From a plasmid, in sequence record NZ_CP143948.1: a stretch of 64,000 nt of DNA. One strand, 5' to 3'. The position numbers and the translations under genes are program-made. Below are positions 37,479 through 47,440 of the stretch, piece by piece (the stretch's first letter is position 1; the number at the start of each line of letters is the position of its first letter). Under the pieces are notes generated by a model. It did no database searches and had not been told where the DNA came from. It saw nothing but the letters and a program-made list of their open reading frames with translations.

Positions 37479-38528
37479 TTATATTTCAAATGCTTTTATA
37501 CTTTTAAGTGCATAACCATTATTATCAAAAACAGCTTGATTTTCCCACTCATTCCCCTTTCCACGAGCAACACCAACTCCCTTAATTTGATACCAACCCG
37601 GTTCCCAATAAAAAACACCAGCTCCATTTTTACACATCTTTACTGTTTTAATCACTTTTTCTAAAACTTTTTCTTGATTTTCAACCGAAGGTATTAACCC
37701 CATCACTTTTTTAGTTAATTCACCAGTAACAACATTTTGCATTTCATCATTTGATGTATCCGTATATGGAAAAGCTGTTTCAACAACAATAACCTGTTTA
37801 TGAAATAGATTTCCTATATTTATAATATTATCCATCAAAAGATTATATGTTCCTGACCAATATGGATAATAAGATAATCCTACATAATCAAAATCCCAAA
37901 GTCCTTCACTATTCAAATTTGAAAAAAAATGTTTTGTACGCTCTTTATCAGCACCACATTCTATATGCAATACCGTTTTAATTTTCTTACTATTAGTGCT
38001 ATACTGATTAATCTCTGCAATAGCTTTTAATCCCGAATTGATAAATTTAACTAACTGCTTTATATTATTGATATTGCCAAACTCCCATAACATACCATTT
38101 CCAATTTCATTTCCGATTTGTACAATATCCGGAACTGTTTCTTGTTCTATAAAACAATTTATGACATATTTTGTATATTCATAAACCATTTTTTCAATCT
38201 CAAATGCTTCAAGATTTTCCCAATCATTTGGAATTTTCTGTTGTTTCCAGTCTGCCCAAAAATCACTATAATGAAAATCCAACATAAATCCCAGTCCATA
38301 TTTTTTTATACGTTTCGCCATTCTAAGCGTATGTTTTAAATCACAATAATCTCCCTTATCAAATGATTCAGTTGGCTTATTAAATAACCTTAACCTTATA
38401 CAATTAACACCATGACTTGCAAGAATTTTTATTACATCTCCCTCTTCACCATTTAAATCATAGTATTTAGCTCCATAATCTTCCATTGCCTCTAAGCTAG
38501 AAATGTCAGCTCCTATAATAAAACTCAT
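37479..38528 (-). CDS. GH53 endo-beta-1,4-galactanase, cytoplasmic (no signal peptide)
   Basis: Motifs …DFHYSDFWADW… and …VVETAFPYT…. Confidence 0.7.
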   Translation of the reverse strand: MSFIIGADISSLEAMEDYGAKYYDLNGEEGDVIKILASHGVNCIRLRLFNKPTESFDKGDYCDLKHTLRMAKRIKKYGLGFMLDFHYSDFWADWKQQKIPNDWENLEAFEIEKMVYEYTKYVINCFIEQETVPDIVQIGNEIGNGMLWEFGNINNIKQLVKFINSGLKAIAEINQYSTNSKKIKTVLHIECGADKERTKHFFSNLNSEGLWDFDYVGLSYYPYWSGTYNLLMDNIINIGNLFHKQVIVVETAFPYTDTSNDEMQNVVTGELTKKVMGLIPSVENQEKVLEKVIKTVKMCKNGAGVFYWEPGWYQIKGVGVARGKGNEWENQAVFDNNGYALKSIKAFEI

Positions 38529-38546
38529 AAACTACCCTTTCAATAT

Positions 38547-39548
38547 TTATACTTTTGTTGATTCTTTTAATAATATCGAATACCCTTGTATAATTCTTTT
38601 TTCTCTACTTTTTCCACATAATAAACCATACAATACATCTGATGCCGTATGAGCCAATTTCATAATATCTAGATTCACACAACTGATTGAAGGATAATAT
38701 TCATCCAAAATCTGGCTATTATAAAAAGATGCAATTTTTATATCTTTAGGTATACGAACTTTATATTTACGCAACGAGTTAAGCACATTTATGCAAATAT
38801 TATCATCCATACATATTATACATTCTATTTCTTCTTTTAACATCTTTAACGTTTGTTTCTCAGCAATTTCCGCATATCCAGTATTATCGAAAACTTTTGT
38901 ACAGTCAAAATCAATTTGGCTTTTCTCATATGCCTGCAAAAACCCCTTCATTCGGCTTTTCGTCACTACATGTGTCATATCTCCACAGAATAACGCAATT
39001 TTACGCATTCCCATTTTCAATATCTGCTCTGTCAAATCCTGACAGCCAGCTTGTTGATTCACATCTACCTGATATACAGTGCTATCATTGTAACTGCCTA
39101 TTACAACAAAAGGCACACCATTATCTTGTAAATATTTAATATCAAGTGCATTTTCTATTGTCCTTGACAATATTACACCATCACATTTATGACTTTTAAT
39201 TATATTTTTTAAAGGTTCTATGTCTCCAGCACTTGTTTTTACCAGAATAACCTGATAGCCCAATGGTTGAAAATAATCATATGCTCCCATTATTACTTGT
39301 GAAAAATATGGAAGCAAACCATAATCTTTTTCTCCTGCAACCGTAATCAGAATATTTTTTGTTTTTCTGTGGGAGTATTCACGATTGTATACAGCAGGCT
39401 GTGCCCCCAGCTCTTCCAGATATTCTATAATTTTATTTCTGGTATCCTCTGACACTCTCCCTTTACCAGAGAGTGCCCTAGATACTGTAGTGGATGAAAT
39501 TGATAAATCCTTTGCTATTTGCTTTATCGGTATAGGTTTGCTTTCCAT
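38547..39548 (-). CDS. LacI-family transcriptional regulator
   Basis: HTH …IKQIAKDLSISSTTVSRAL… plus a periplasmic-binding-fold effector domain. Confidence 0.75.
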   Translation of the reverse strand: MESKPIPIKQIAKDLSISSTTVSRALSGKGRVSEDTRNKIIEYLEELGAQPAVYNREYSHRKTKNILITVAGEKDYGLLPYFSQVIMGAYDYFQPLGYQVILVKTSAGDIEPLKNIIKSHKCDGVILSRTIENALDIKYLQDNGVPFVVIGSYNDSTVYQVDVNQQAGCQDLTEQILKMGMRKIALFCGDMTHVVTKSRMKGFLQAYEKSQIDFDCTKVFDNTGYAEIAEKQTLKMLKEEIECIICMDDNICINVLNSLRKYKVRIPKDIKIASFYNSQILDEYYPSISCVNLDIMKLAHTASDVLYGLLCGKSREKRIIQGYSILLKESTKV

Positions 39549-39566
39549 ATAAATCCTCATCATTTA

Positions 39567-41150
39567 TTATTTATTTTTCATATATGCATCATACTGAGAA
39601 TCAAATTCCTTGAGTACTTTATCTATCCCCGCATCCTTAAGCTGCGATTTAAAAGACTCAAATGTAGCTTCCGTATCTGCTCCATAAATTCCAAGAGAAA
39701 ATGCCATCTTGTATTCATCTACTATTGACTGTACCACAGTAAACTCAGTTTGTACACTAGAAGGATCAAATGTAAATCCTGTCTGCTTTGGAATGTATTC
39801 CATTTCATCATTGTGCTTATTCACAGCAATTTCACGCTCATCAAGTCCCGCTTCATCTGGTTCATCCTGACGATTTATTGCCCATGCCCAGTTATTCCAA
39901 CCATAACCTTCTGCGCCATCAAGAGTTGTGCGATTTCCATCTGAATCAAGTGAATAGTGTTTTCCTTCTATTCCCCCCAATAACAGTCTATTAAGGTTCA
40001 CATCACCTTTCATATAATCCAAAACCAATGCTGCTCTCTCCGGATCTTCCGATTTTTCCGTAATCGCAATAGCATCTGTTGAATAACTACCACGAGTTCT
40101 CTTCACATCTGGTGTTACATCATATACTGAATATGTTCCAGCCTGTGCTTTTTCGAGATTTTTTCCTGCTGTAAACACAGATGAATTCCATACAAATGAG
40201 CCACTTGTACCATTTTCAAAATAAGCTTGAGCATCACTTGTATCATTTATTGCATCAGAAGACCAAACTTTTGCTGATGCAAGTTCTGCCATCTCATTAC
40301 AGTAATCTTTGTAAAAATCAGAAGTATACAGATACCAAATATCATCCGTTGTTGGAGCTGCATCACTATTATTTGCATAATATTCAAAATCATATCCCTC
40401 TGTAACGCCTTGCACACCTTTCGACTGTCCATAAACTGTCAGCAATTGTTCTCTATTGGCATTTGTATTTAATGCTGTAACACCTGTTTCTCCCTGTTTC
40501 TCTGCAAGTTCTTTTAAATAAGAAACATAATTATCCCAAGAATCAGGTTTTGTTAGTCCATATTTATCAATAAGATCTTGTCTGGCAGCCACTACATTAT
40601 ACGCTGTAAATGTCGATTTTGCCTTCGGAACTGCATATATTTTTCCATCTATTGATATTTCATCCCAACTTTCCTTTGGCTGTAACTCATATGAAAGAGG
40701 CATATATTTCTTTAACCACTCAGAATCAAGTTCTTTAAACGCTTTATTTGCTACCTCGTCATTATAATAACACCAAGCTGCTGTATAAATAAGATCAACT
40801 GATTCTCCACCTGCTAGAAGCAAACTATATTTTGTACTATAATCACTCCAATTTAAAAACTCAAGATCCAATGTAGTATTAAGATTCGGTTCAAAATAAT
40901 CTGCATTCGCTTTATCAAGTACTTCATCCATATCTTTAGGTTTATCCCCAAGCACATACATTACAATAGTTTCATGCTTTGATAAATCAAAATCCTGATT
41001 GGCATATGGACTATCACTCTCTATTTTCGTCCTTGAATCTGCAGCCGATTGTGACGATCCTTTTTCTCCATTTCCACAACCTGCTAATCCAACGGTCATT
41101 CCTGCGATGAGTGCTGCACTCACCATTTTCGTTACAATTTGTTTTTTCAT
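39567..41150 (-). CDS. extracellular solute-binding lipoprotein of a carbohydrate ABC transporter (large LplA-type)
   Basis: Lipobox LAGC. 527 aa. Confidence 0.7.
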   Translation of the reverse strand: MKKQIVTKMVSAALIAGMTVGLAGCGNGEKGSSQSAADSRTKIESDSPYANQDFDLSKHETIVMYVLGDKPKDMDEVLDKANADYFEPNLNTTLDLEFLNWSDYSTKYSLLLAGGESVDLIYTAAWCYYNDEVANKAFKELDSEWLKKYMPLSYELQPKESWDEISIDGKIYAVPKAKSTFTAYNVVAARQDLIDKYGLTKPDSWDNYVSYLKELAEKQGETGVTALNTNANREQLLTVYGQSKGVQGVTEGYDFEYYANNSDAAPTTDDIWYLYTSDFYKDYCNEMAELASAKVWSSDAINDTSDAQAYFENGTSGSFVWNSSVFTAGKNLEKAQAGTYSVYDVTPDVKRTRGSYSTDAIAITEKSEDPERAALVLDYMKGDVNLNRLLLGGIEGKHYSLDSDGNRTTLDGAEGYGWNNWAWAINRQDEPDEAGLDEREIAVNKHNDEMEYIPKQTGFTFDPSSVQTEFTVVQSIVDEYKMAFSLGIYGADTEATFESFKSQLKDAGIDKVLKEFDSQYDAYMKNK

Positions 41151-41187
41151 TTTTTCCTCCTAAAATCATTTTATGTCTAAAAGGTTA

Positions 41188-42075
41188 TTATCCCTTTACG
41201 GCACCAAGTGTTAATCCTTTCACAAAATATTTCTGCAAAAAAGGATAAAGTAATACAATAGGTCCTGTTGCAATAACTGTCATAGCCAATTTCAGTCCCT
41301 CTGACGGCATCTGTCCTACCTGCATTCCTGTCTGATTAGCAATTCTTTTAAGCGCTTCCGAACTATTCAATATATTTTGCAATGTGTATTGAAGGTTCCA
41401 ATTATCACTTCCACTCATAAACAACATACAATTATACCAATCATTCCAGTATGCAAGTGCAATAAATAACGTTAATGTTGCTACAAGTGGCTTAGCCATT
41501 GGTAAAATTATTCTCATATATATAAAGAAATCCCCTGCACCATCTATTTTAGCAGCCTCAGTTATTTCAAAGGGAATTCCCTTCATAAAGCTTTTTGCAA
41601 TAATCATGTTCCACACTGAAAATAATCCCGGAATAATAAGTGAATAAATATGATTATTAAAATTAAGATATTGTGTACACAACAAATACCATGGCACCAG
41701 TCCTCCACTAAAAAGAGTAGTGAAAAAGAAGAAAAAAGAAACACCATTTCTCCATGGGAAATCAGGTCTGGATAATACATATCCTGTCATAGTAGTCATA
41801 ATAATTGAAAGTACAGTTCCAATTATCGTTACAAAAATCGTCACACCATAAGCATGTATAATACTTTGTGGATTTTTTAGGGCAAGCTTATAAGCTTCTG
41901 TAGAGATATTTTTTGCTGTAAGAAAAAAACTGTATCCTTCTTTCACTATCGTACTTTCATCAGTTAACGAGCCTGTAACTATCAAATAAAAAGGAAGCAA
42001 ACACGCAACTGCAAATAAACCAACCAAAACATATGCCAATATATTAAAAATTATTTGATCTTTTCCTTTAATCAT
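41188..42075 (-). CDS. carbohydrate ABC transporter permease
   Basis: 6 TM with an EAA-type loop (…EAAKIDGAGDF…). Confidence 0.8.
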   Translation of the reverse strand: MIKGKDQIIFNILAYVLVGLFAVACLLPFYLIVTGSLTDESTIVKEGYSFFLTAKNISTEAYKLALKNPQSIIHAYGVTIFVTIIGTVLSIIMTTMTGYVLSRPDFPWRNGVSFFFFFTTLFSGGLVPWYLLCTQYLNFNNHIYSLIIPGLFSVWNMIIAKSFMKGIPFEITEAAKIDGAGDFFIYMRIILPMAKPLVATLTLFIALAYWNDWYNCMLFMSGSDNWNLQYTLQNILNSSEALKRIANQTGMQVGQMPSEGLKLAMTVIATGPIVLLYPFLQKYFVKGLTLGAVKG

Positions 42076-42085
42076 CTTTTCCTCC

Positions 42086-42997
42086 CTAGAATAATGTGTA
42101 ATCGGGATCTACTTTTTTCACAATTCCATTTGCAACTAAAATTGTCACAAAACATAAAACAGATTGATACAAGCCTGCTGCAGCCGTAAGTCCAACATTA
42201 GGTGATGTAGTCAACATTCTATATATATATGTGTCCAAAATATCTGAGCTCTTCAACAACAACTGATTTGATCCAACTAATTGATAGAACATACCAAAGT
42301 CACCTCTAAATACATTTCCCAATGCAAGTAAAACCATAATCATAATTGTTGGTTTTAAACTGGGTAATGTAATATACCTGATTTTCTGCCAAATAGATGC
42401 TCCATCTATAGATGCTGCCTCATATAAATCCTTACTAATTCCTGCTATTGCAGCAAGATATACCACAGTTCCATAGCCTGTTTGTTTCCATAATCTGACC
42501 AAAACCAAAACTATCGGCCATTTGTTAACTTGTTTATATATACTAAAATCAGTCACCCCAAAATGTGCTAATACTGAATTTAAAACTCCATTATCTCCAA
42601 ATATGTTTAACATAATTGTAGAGACCACAACCCATGATATAAAATATGGGAGAAACATAAATCCTTGAGCAAATTTCTTAAATACAACATTATTAATTTC
42701 ACTTAACAATATTGCAAATCCAACTTCAAATATTAATCCTAGAAATATAAATGCTATATTATATAGCAACGTATTTCTTGTAAGGCTCCATATTTTTCCA
42801 GATACAAATAAATATTGAAAATTGCTCCAACCACACCACGGACTTTTAAATATTCCGAGCGTATACTTGAAATCTTTAAACGCAAGTACTATCCCTGACA
42901 TTGGTAAATAGCAAAATATAATTACATATGCCAAAGCTGGTATCAACATACACAAAAGCACTCTGCTTTTTTTCATTTTTCCACATAACTGTTTCAT
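42086..42997 (-). CDS. carbohydrate ABC transporter permease (LplB-like)
   Basis: 6 TM with …EAASIDGASIWQ…. Confidence 0.8.
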   Translation of the reverse strand: MKQLCGKMKKSRVLLCMLIPALAYVIIFCYLPMSGIVLAFKDFKYTLGIFKSPWCGWSNFQYLFVSGKIWSLTRNTLLYNIAFIFLGLIFEVGFAILLSEINNVVFKKFAQGFMFLPYFISWVVVSTIMLNIFGDNGVLNSVLAHFGVTDFSIYKQVNKWPIVLVLVRLWKQTGYGTVVYLAAIAGISKDLYEAASIDGASIWQKIRYITLPSLKPTIMIMVLLALGNVFRGDFGMFYQLVGSNQLLLKSSDILDTYIYRMLTTSPNVGLTAAAGLYQSVLCFVTILVANGIVKKVDPDYTLF

Positions 42998-43015
42998 ATT
43001 GTTCTCTATTCCTTA

Positions 43016-44302
43016 TCATTTTTTAAAATCATTAAATATTTGCAGCGATTGTAATGCAACACCATTTTTATCAAATAAAGTCATGTTATCCCACGAACTT
43101 CCTTGTGCAGATGTAGCATATTGAGAACCATTTAATACAAACAAATTCTCATAATTTTCTGAAACTGATGAACTCCATCCAGTTCCACAAGAATCACTAA
43201 TTCTTTTTGAGGTGCCTATCCAAGATGGTTCCCAATAAAATCCACCAAGTCCATATCCTTTTGTTTTTTCTATACTATTAACACTTGCAACCGCATTAAA
43301 AATATCACTAATAGCTTGCTTCTGACCAGAAACACTAATAGGATAATCACAATATGTCATATCTTCTTTAGAGCCAATATTATTCACTGTATCATCAGCA
43401 TTGTTAAAAGTATAAGGATATGCTGTTTCAGCTACCATAACTTTCTTATTATATTTAACAGAAATATTTTTTAATGTAGATGCTAAATCAGATGCATGCC
43501 CAAACCAAAATGGATAAGCTGACACAGACAAAACATCATAATCTACACCTACATTTCTAACCTGCTCTGCATACCATTCAGAAGTTGTTGTTGGATCTGT
43601 GAAATGTAATACACGAAGTATCTTTTTGGAATCTGAATAACCATAATATTTATTAATATCATTTACTGCATTGCATCCACTTTTCAATCCATCTCCTACA
43701 CCAGATGTTAAATTCCACACTCCATCATATAATCCACCCATTCCACACATAGAACCATTTGTTTCATTTCCAATCTGTACCATCCCCACGTTAATTCCCG
43801 AATCAATCAACGTTTTTAATGAACTAAAAGTAAATTGATAAATCGACGATATCTTTTGTGAATTTGAATAATTTTTCCATTCTTTTGGTGCATACTGTTT
43901 TGCTGGATCAGCCCAAAAATCTGAATATTGAAAATCCACAAAAACCTTCATTCCCTTTTCGGTAGCCCTTTTGCCTATTTCTATGGCTTTCCAAATGTCA
44001 TTATTTCCTCCGCCATATCCTAATCCTGTTTCAGTATCATAAGGATTGTTCCACACACGAACCCGTATATAATTTACTCCAGAATTTTTCAAAATATCAA
44101 AAATATCCCCTTGTTTTCCATCTTCGTAATAAAATTTCTGTCCTGATTTTTCAAATGCTATTATGCTTGATAAATCCACTCCTCGCACACTAAGATACGA
44201 ATCTGATGACGCCTTGATAATTTCTTTATTCATTGGAATTGACGAAATAATTATCGCAAGTAACAGAATACAGCATAGTGCTCCTTTTCTAATTTTCTTC
44301 AT
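43016..44302 (-). CDS. secreted GH53 endo-beta-1,4-galactanase
   Basis: Signal peptide, then …FQYSDFWADPAKQ…. Confidence 0.75.
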   Translation of the reverse strand: MKKIRKGALCCILLLAIIISSIPMNKEIIKASSDSYLSVRGVDLSSIIAFEKSGQKFYYEDGKQGDIFDILKNSGVNYIRVRVWNNPYDTETGLGYGGGNNDIWKAIEIGKRATEKGMKVFVDFQYSDFWADPAKQYAPKEWKNYSNSQKISSIYQFTFSSLKTLIDSGINVGMVQIGNETNGSMCGMGGLYDGVWNLTSGVGDGLKSGCNAVNDINKYYGYSDSKKILRVLHFTDPTTTSEWYAEQVRNVGVDYDVLSVSAYPFWFGHASDLASTLKNISVKYNKKVMVAETAYPYTFNNADDTVNNIGSKEDMTYCDYPISVSGQKQAISDIFNAVASVNSIEKTKGYGLGGFYWEPSWIGTSKRISDSCGTGWSSSVSENYENLFVLNGSQYATSAQGSSWDNMTLFDKNGVALQSLQIFNDFKK

Positions 44303-44492
44303 ATATGAATCCTCCTTTTTTGATATTAAAATATTACATTTTTTTAATAATTAATGCTACGTCATTATTATCTCAACTTAAAACTCACAAATTATGCAAA
44401 ATGTCAAAATCTATTAAAATAAGCGTGCGCAATTGTATAATTGCGCACGCTTTAAAAATCATCCCTCAATTTAATTATATAATTTAATAATT

Positions 44493-46193
44493 TTACTTCA
44501 AAACAAGCACCGAATACGCCGGCAGCTTTGCCGTTCCATCCTTATATGACGGTGCTTTCTTTGTAGTCTGAAGCATTGCAACAGCATCATTTACTCCAAG
44601 CGATGACACATCCACACTTGCTTCATCTTTTGATGGATTAAATATAAGCACTGCTTTCTCACCATTGTACTCTCTTGTGAATATACACACATTATCATTT
44701 GACAGATCCTTTTCAAAGGTATTTGTACCTCGTGCTATCTCTGGGAAAGCATTTCTTATTGATATTGTCTGCTTCACAAAGTTGTAAATAGAGTATGGAT
44801 CCTCCATCTGCTTATCAAGGGTATCATATGTCTGCTCGGTTTCTTCTGCATTCTGAGGTCCCACACACATTCCCTTAGCTTTTGAATCCCCGCTCCATCT
44901 CATGGCAAGACGCTTCGTCTCATCATTGGCTGTGCCTCTCATGCCGATTTCCTCTCCATAATACAGAAAAGCATTTCCAGGCATAAGAAGATTCATGGCC
45001 TGCGCCATCTTGGTTTTCTCCTCGGCATTATCTCCGTTGTAGTATCCTGCGCTGCGCCCCATATCATGATTTGTATAGAACGGTGCATCAATGTATGAGT
45101 CTGTATACTTCTTTATCTCATTTTCCACATCAACCAAAGCATTGCCGTATGTGCTGGCACCATGATTTGCTGTACCGTTTAACACCTTTCCAATATATCC
45201 ATCCTGCTGTGAAAAATCAAAATTGAACATACTGTCAATTCCACTCTTATAGTACTTCGCATACTCTCTGTATGTAGTCCAGCCCTCACCAACCATATAA
45301 GCATCGGCCTTTTTGCTCTTCACATTGTTCACAAGCCATGTGAGGTCATCTATAGTCTCAGTCTGGTTATTATTATTGTAATAAAGCACAGCATCCAGTC
45401 TGAAGCCATCCACGCCGCGGTCAAGCCAGAAGGATGTAACCTTGTCAATCTCGCCTCTTACAGCTTCGCTCTGCAGATTAAGGTCAGGCATGCTGTCTAC
45501 AAACTGTGACTCGTAATACCAATTCGTGCCCGGCAGCTGGTTGTAGCCTCCGGCATTGGTTTTGCTAAAATTATAGTAATCAACATAAGGACATTCCGAA
45601 GCATCCGGCTCCGCCCCATCAGGAAGCGACTTGATATAATCAGCAGCTGCCTTAAACCATGGATGCTCGTTAGATGTGTGATTTATTACAAAGTCAATAA
45701 TCACATTGATGTTTCGCTTGTGACACTCCGTAATGAGCGCATCAAAATCATCCAGAGTACCATACTGCTTGTCAATATTCATATAATCCGTAATATCATA
45801 CTTGTGGTATGAAGGAGAAGGCATAATAGGCATCATCCAGATTTCATTGCAGCCAAGTCCCTCGATATAGTCAAGCTTCTCTGTAAGCCCCTTTAAATCC
45901 CCAATGCCGTCACCGTCACTGTCAAAAAAGCTGTATACGAACACCTCATAGCATGTCCTGTAATTGTCCTGAATCACATTAGGATCATTTTTCGCATTCA
46001 TCTGCTCCATAGCAGAAGGCTTGTACTCCTTCTTTGCTGCCGTCTCGGTATTCTTTCCACCCGCAGCACATCCCGCAAGCATCGACACCGCCATAGCTGC
46101 CGTCAATGCCACAGCAGTCAGCCTGCCCGCCAATCTATTCACAGCCCTGCCGACCATATTGCGGCCGCCTATTTTATTATTAATCATACGCAC
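44493..46193 (-). CDS. GH13 alpha-amylase family lipoprotein
   Basis: Lipobox LAGC. Motifs …VIIDFVINHTS… and …GVDGFRLDAV…. Confidence 0.8.
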   Translation of the reverse strand: MRMINNKIGGRNMVGRAVNRLAGRLTAVALTAAMAVSMLAGCAAGGKNTETAAKKEYKPSAMEQMNAKNDPNVIQDNYRTCYEVFVYSFFDSDGDGIGDLKGLTEKLDYIEGLGCNEIWMMPIMPSPSYHKYDITDYMNIDKQYGTLDDFDALITECHKRNINVIIDFVINHTSNEHPWFKAAADYIKSLPDGAEPDASECPYVDYYNFSKTNAGGYNQLPGTNWYYESQFVDSMPDLNLQSEAVRGEIDKVTSFWLDRGVDGFRLDAVLYYNNNNQTETIDDLTWLVNNVKSKKADAYMVGEGWTTYREYAKYYKSGIDSMFNFDFSQQDGYIGKVLNGTANHGASTYGNALVDVENEIKKYTDSYIDAPFYTNHDMGRSAGYYNGDNAEEKTKMAQAMNLLMPGNAFLYYGEEIGMRGTANDETKRLAMRWSGDSKAKGMCVGPQNAEETEQTYDTLDKQMEDPYSIYNFVKQTISIRNAFPEIARGTNTFEKDLSNDNVCIFTREYNGEKAVLIFNPSKDEASVDVSSLGVNDAVAMLQTTKKAPSYKDGTAKLPAYSVLVLK

Positions 46194-46261
46194 TCCTTTT
46201 CTTAACTAAATTCTGAGCAAATTTGTATCTACAAAATCACTACACACATTCTCACATCTTT

Positions 46262-46339
46262 CACAAGGTAGCAACAAACTTAGCACACGGTACCCTCCGG
46301 CCGGAGGGTACACAGTGTGTTCCGAAAAAAAATATGAAC
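46262..46339 (-). repeat. ~85-nt repeat family, copy B1
   Basis: Reverse complement reads ccgtggcagttcatattttttttcggaacacactgtgtaccctccggccggagggtac…. Confidence 0.55.
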
Positions 46340-46403
46340 TGCCACGGGGTGCCATGCCCCCACAAACAAGCCACACACCTCATATCTCCAAATCCAAGCA
46401 GCG

Positions 46404-46491
46404 AAGAAAGCCCGTGGCTGACTTCATATTTTTCTGAGGAATATACTGTGTGCCATGCCGGCACCCCACAACCTGAAAATGCTAAGTTTGC
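46404..46491 (+). repeat. ~85-nt repeat family, copy B2
   Basis: ccgtggctgacttcatatttttctgaggaatatactgtgtgccatgccgg…. Confidence 0.55.
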
Positions 46492-46552
46492 CACAACCCA
46501 ATATAAACCAAAAGCCGCCGCACAAAAGTGCAGCGGCCCAAATAAAACCAAA

Positions 46553-47440
46553 TTAGCCTTTGACAGCTCCTGTAAGTCCATCCACGTAGAATCTCTGCAT
46601 GATGACGAAAAGTATTGAGATAGGTATTGATACAATAACTGCAGCAGCAGCCCATCTTGTGAACCATCCGTTTATAAACTCTTTCTCAAGCATGTTGTAA
46701 AGGAGAAGAGATACTGTCCAATACTTGTCGTTTGGACCAACGATAACCTTTACAAATACGAAATCGAGCCATGGAGCAAGGAATGCTGTAAGCACTGTAT
46801 ATACTACGATTGGCTTACTGAGTGGCAGGATTACCTTGTAAAATACCTGAAACTGTGTACATCCGTCAAGGATAGCCGCCTCAGTAAGAGACTTAGGCAC
46901 AGTATCAAAGAATCCCTTTGCGATATAGAAGCCTACTCCCGATCCTGCTGAGTATATGAGGATCAGTGAAAGACGAAGTACGCTACCCTCTGTAAGTCCG
47001 ATAGCCTTTAAGATAAAGTATACGGCAACCATTGACATGAAAGCCGGGAACAATCCAAGAATCATAGCCAGATTCATGAAAGGCTTACGCATCTTAAATC
47101 TCAGTCGTGACATACAATACGCAACAGAAAGTACAAATACTGTTGAAATGATACATGAGAACACTGAAATAAACAGTGTATTAAAAAATGCTCTCGGGAA
47201 GTTCAACAGTGTAGTCTCTGTGAACAGTCTCGTATAGTTGCTAAATGTAAGGCCATGTGGGAAGAAGTACTTTGTATAAGCACCACTCTCAGCTCTAAAG
47301 CTTGTCATAATAATCCAGAAAATCGGGAACAGCCATACTACAGCAAGTATTCCAAGAATGATATGAACAAGGGAATTCTTTGCTACTTTCTTAGCACGTC
47401 CGGCAGACATAGGTCTTTTTGCTTTTGCTACACTACTCAT
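46553..47440 (-). CDS. sugar ABC transporter permease (MalG-like)
   Basis: 6 TM, with an EAA-type loop …LTEAAILDGCTQFQ…. Confidence 0.8.
   Translation of the reverse strand: MSSVAKAKRPMSAGRAKKVAKNSLVHIILGILAVVWLFPIFWIIMTSFRAESGAYTKYFFPHGLTFSNYTRLFTETTLLNFPRAFFNTLFISVFSCIISTVFVLSVAYCMSRLRFKMRKPFMNLAMILGLFPAFMSMVAVYFILKAIGLTEGSVLRLSLILIYSAGSGVGFYIAKGFFDTVPKSLTEAAILDGCTQFQVFYKVILPLSKPIVVYTVLTAFLAPWLDFVFVKVIVGPNDKYWTVSLLLYNMLEKEFINGWFTRWAAAAVIVSIPISILFVIMQRFYVDGLTGAVKG

Noticed and set aside
46223-46635. Overlapping 131-aa (+) and 124-aa (-) ORFs between the amylase gene and the permease operon
   Set aside because: Both lie over the inverted ~85-nt repeat pair and the 12-bp palindrome. The shared peptide YFSEEYT with the 29521-29718 ORF simply reflects the nucleotide repeat. 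They are non-coding.
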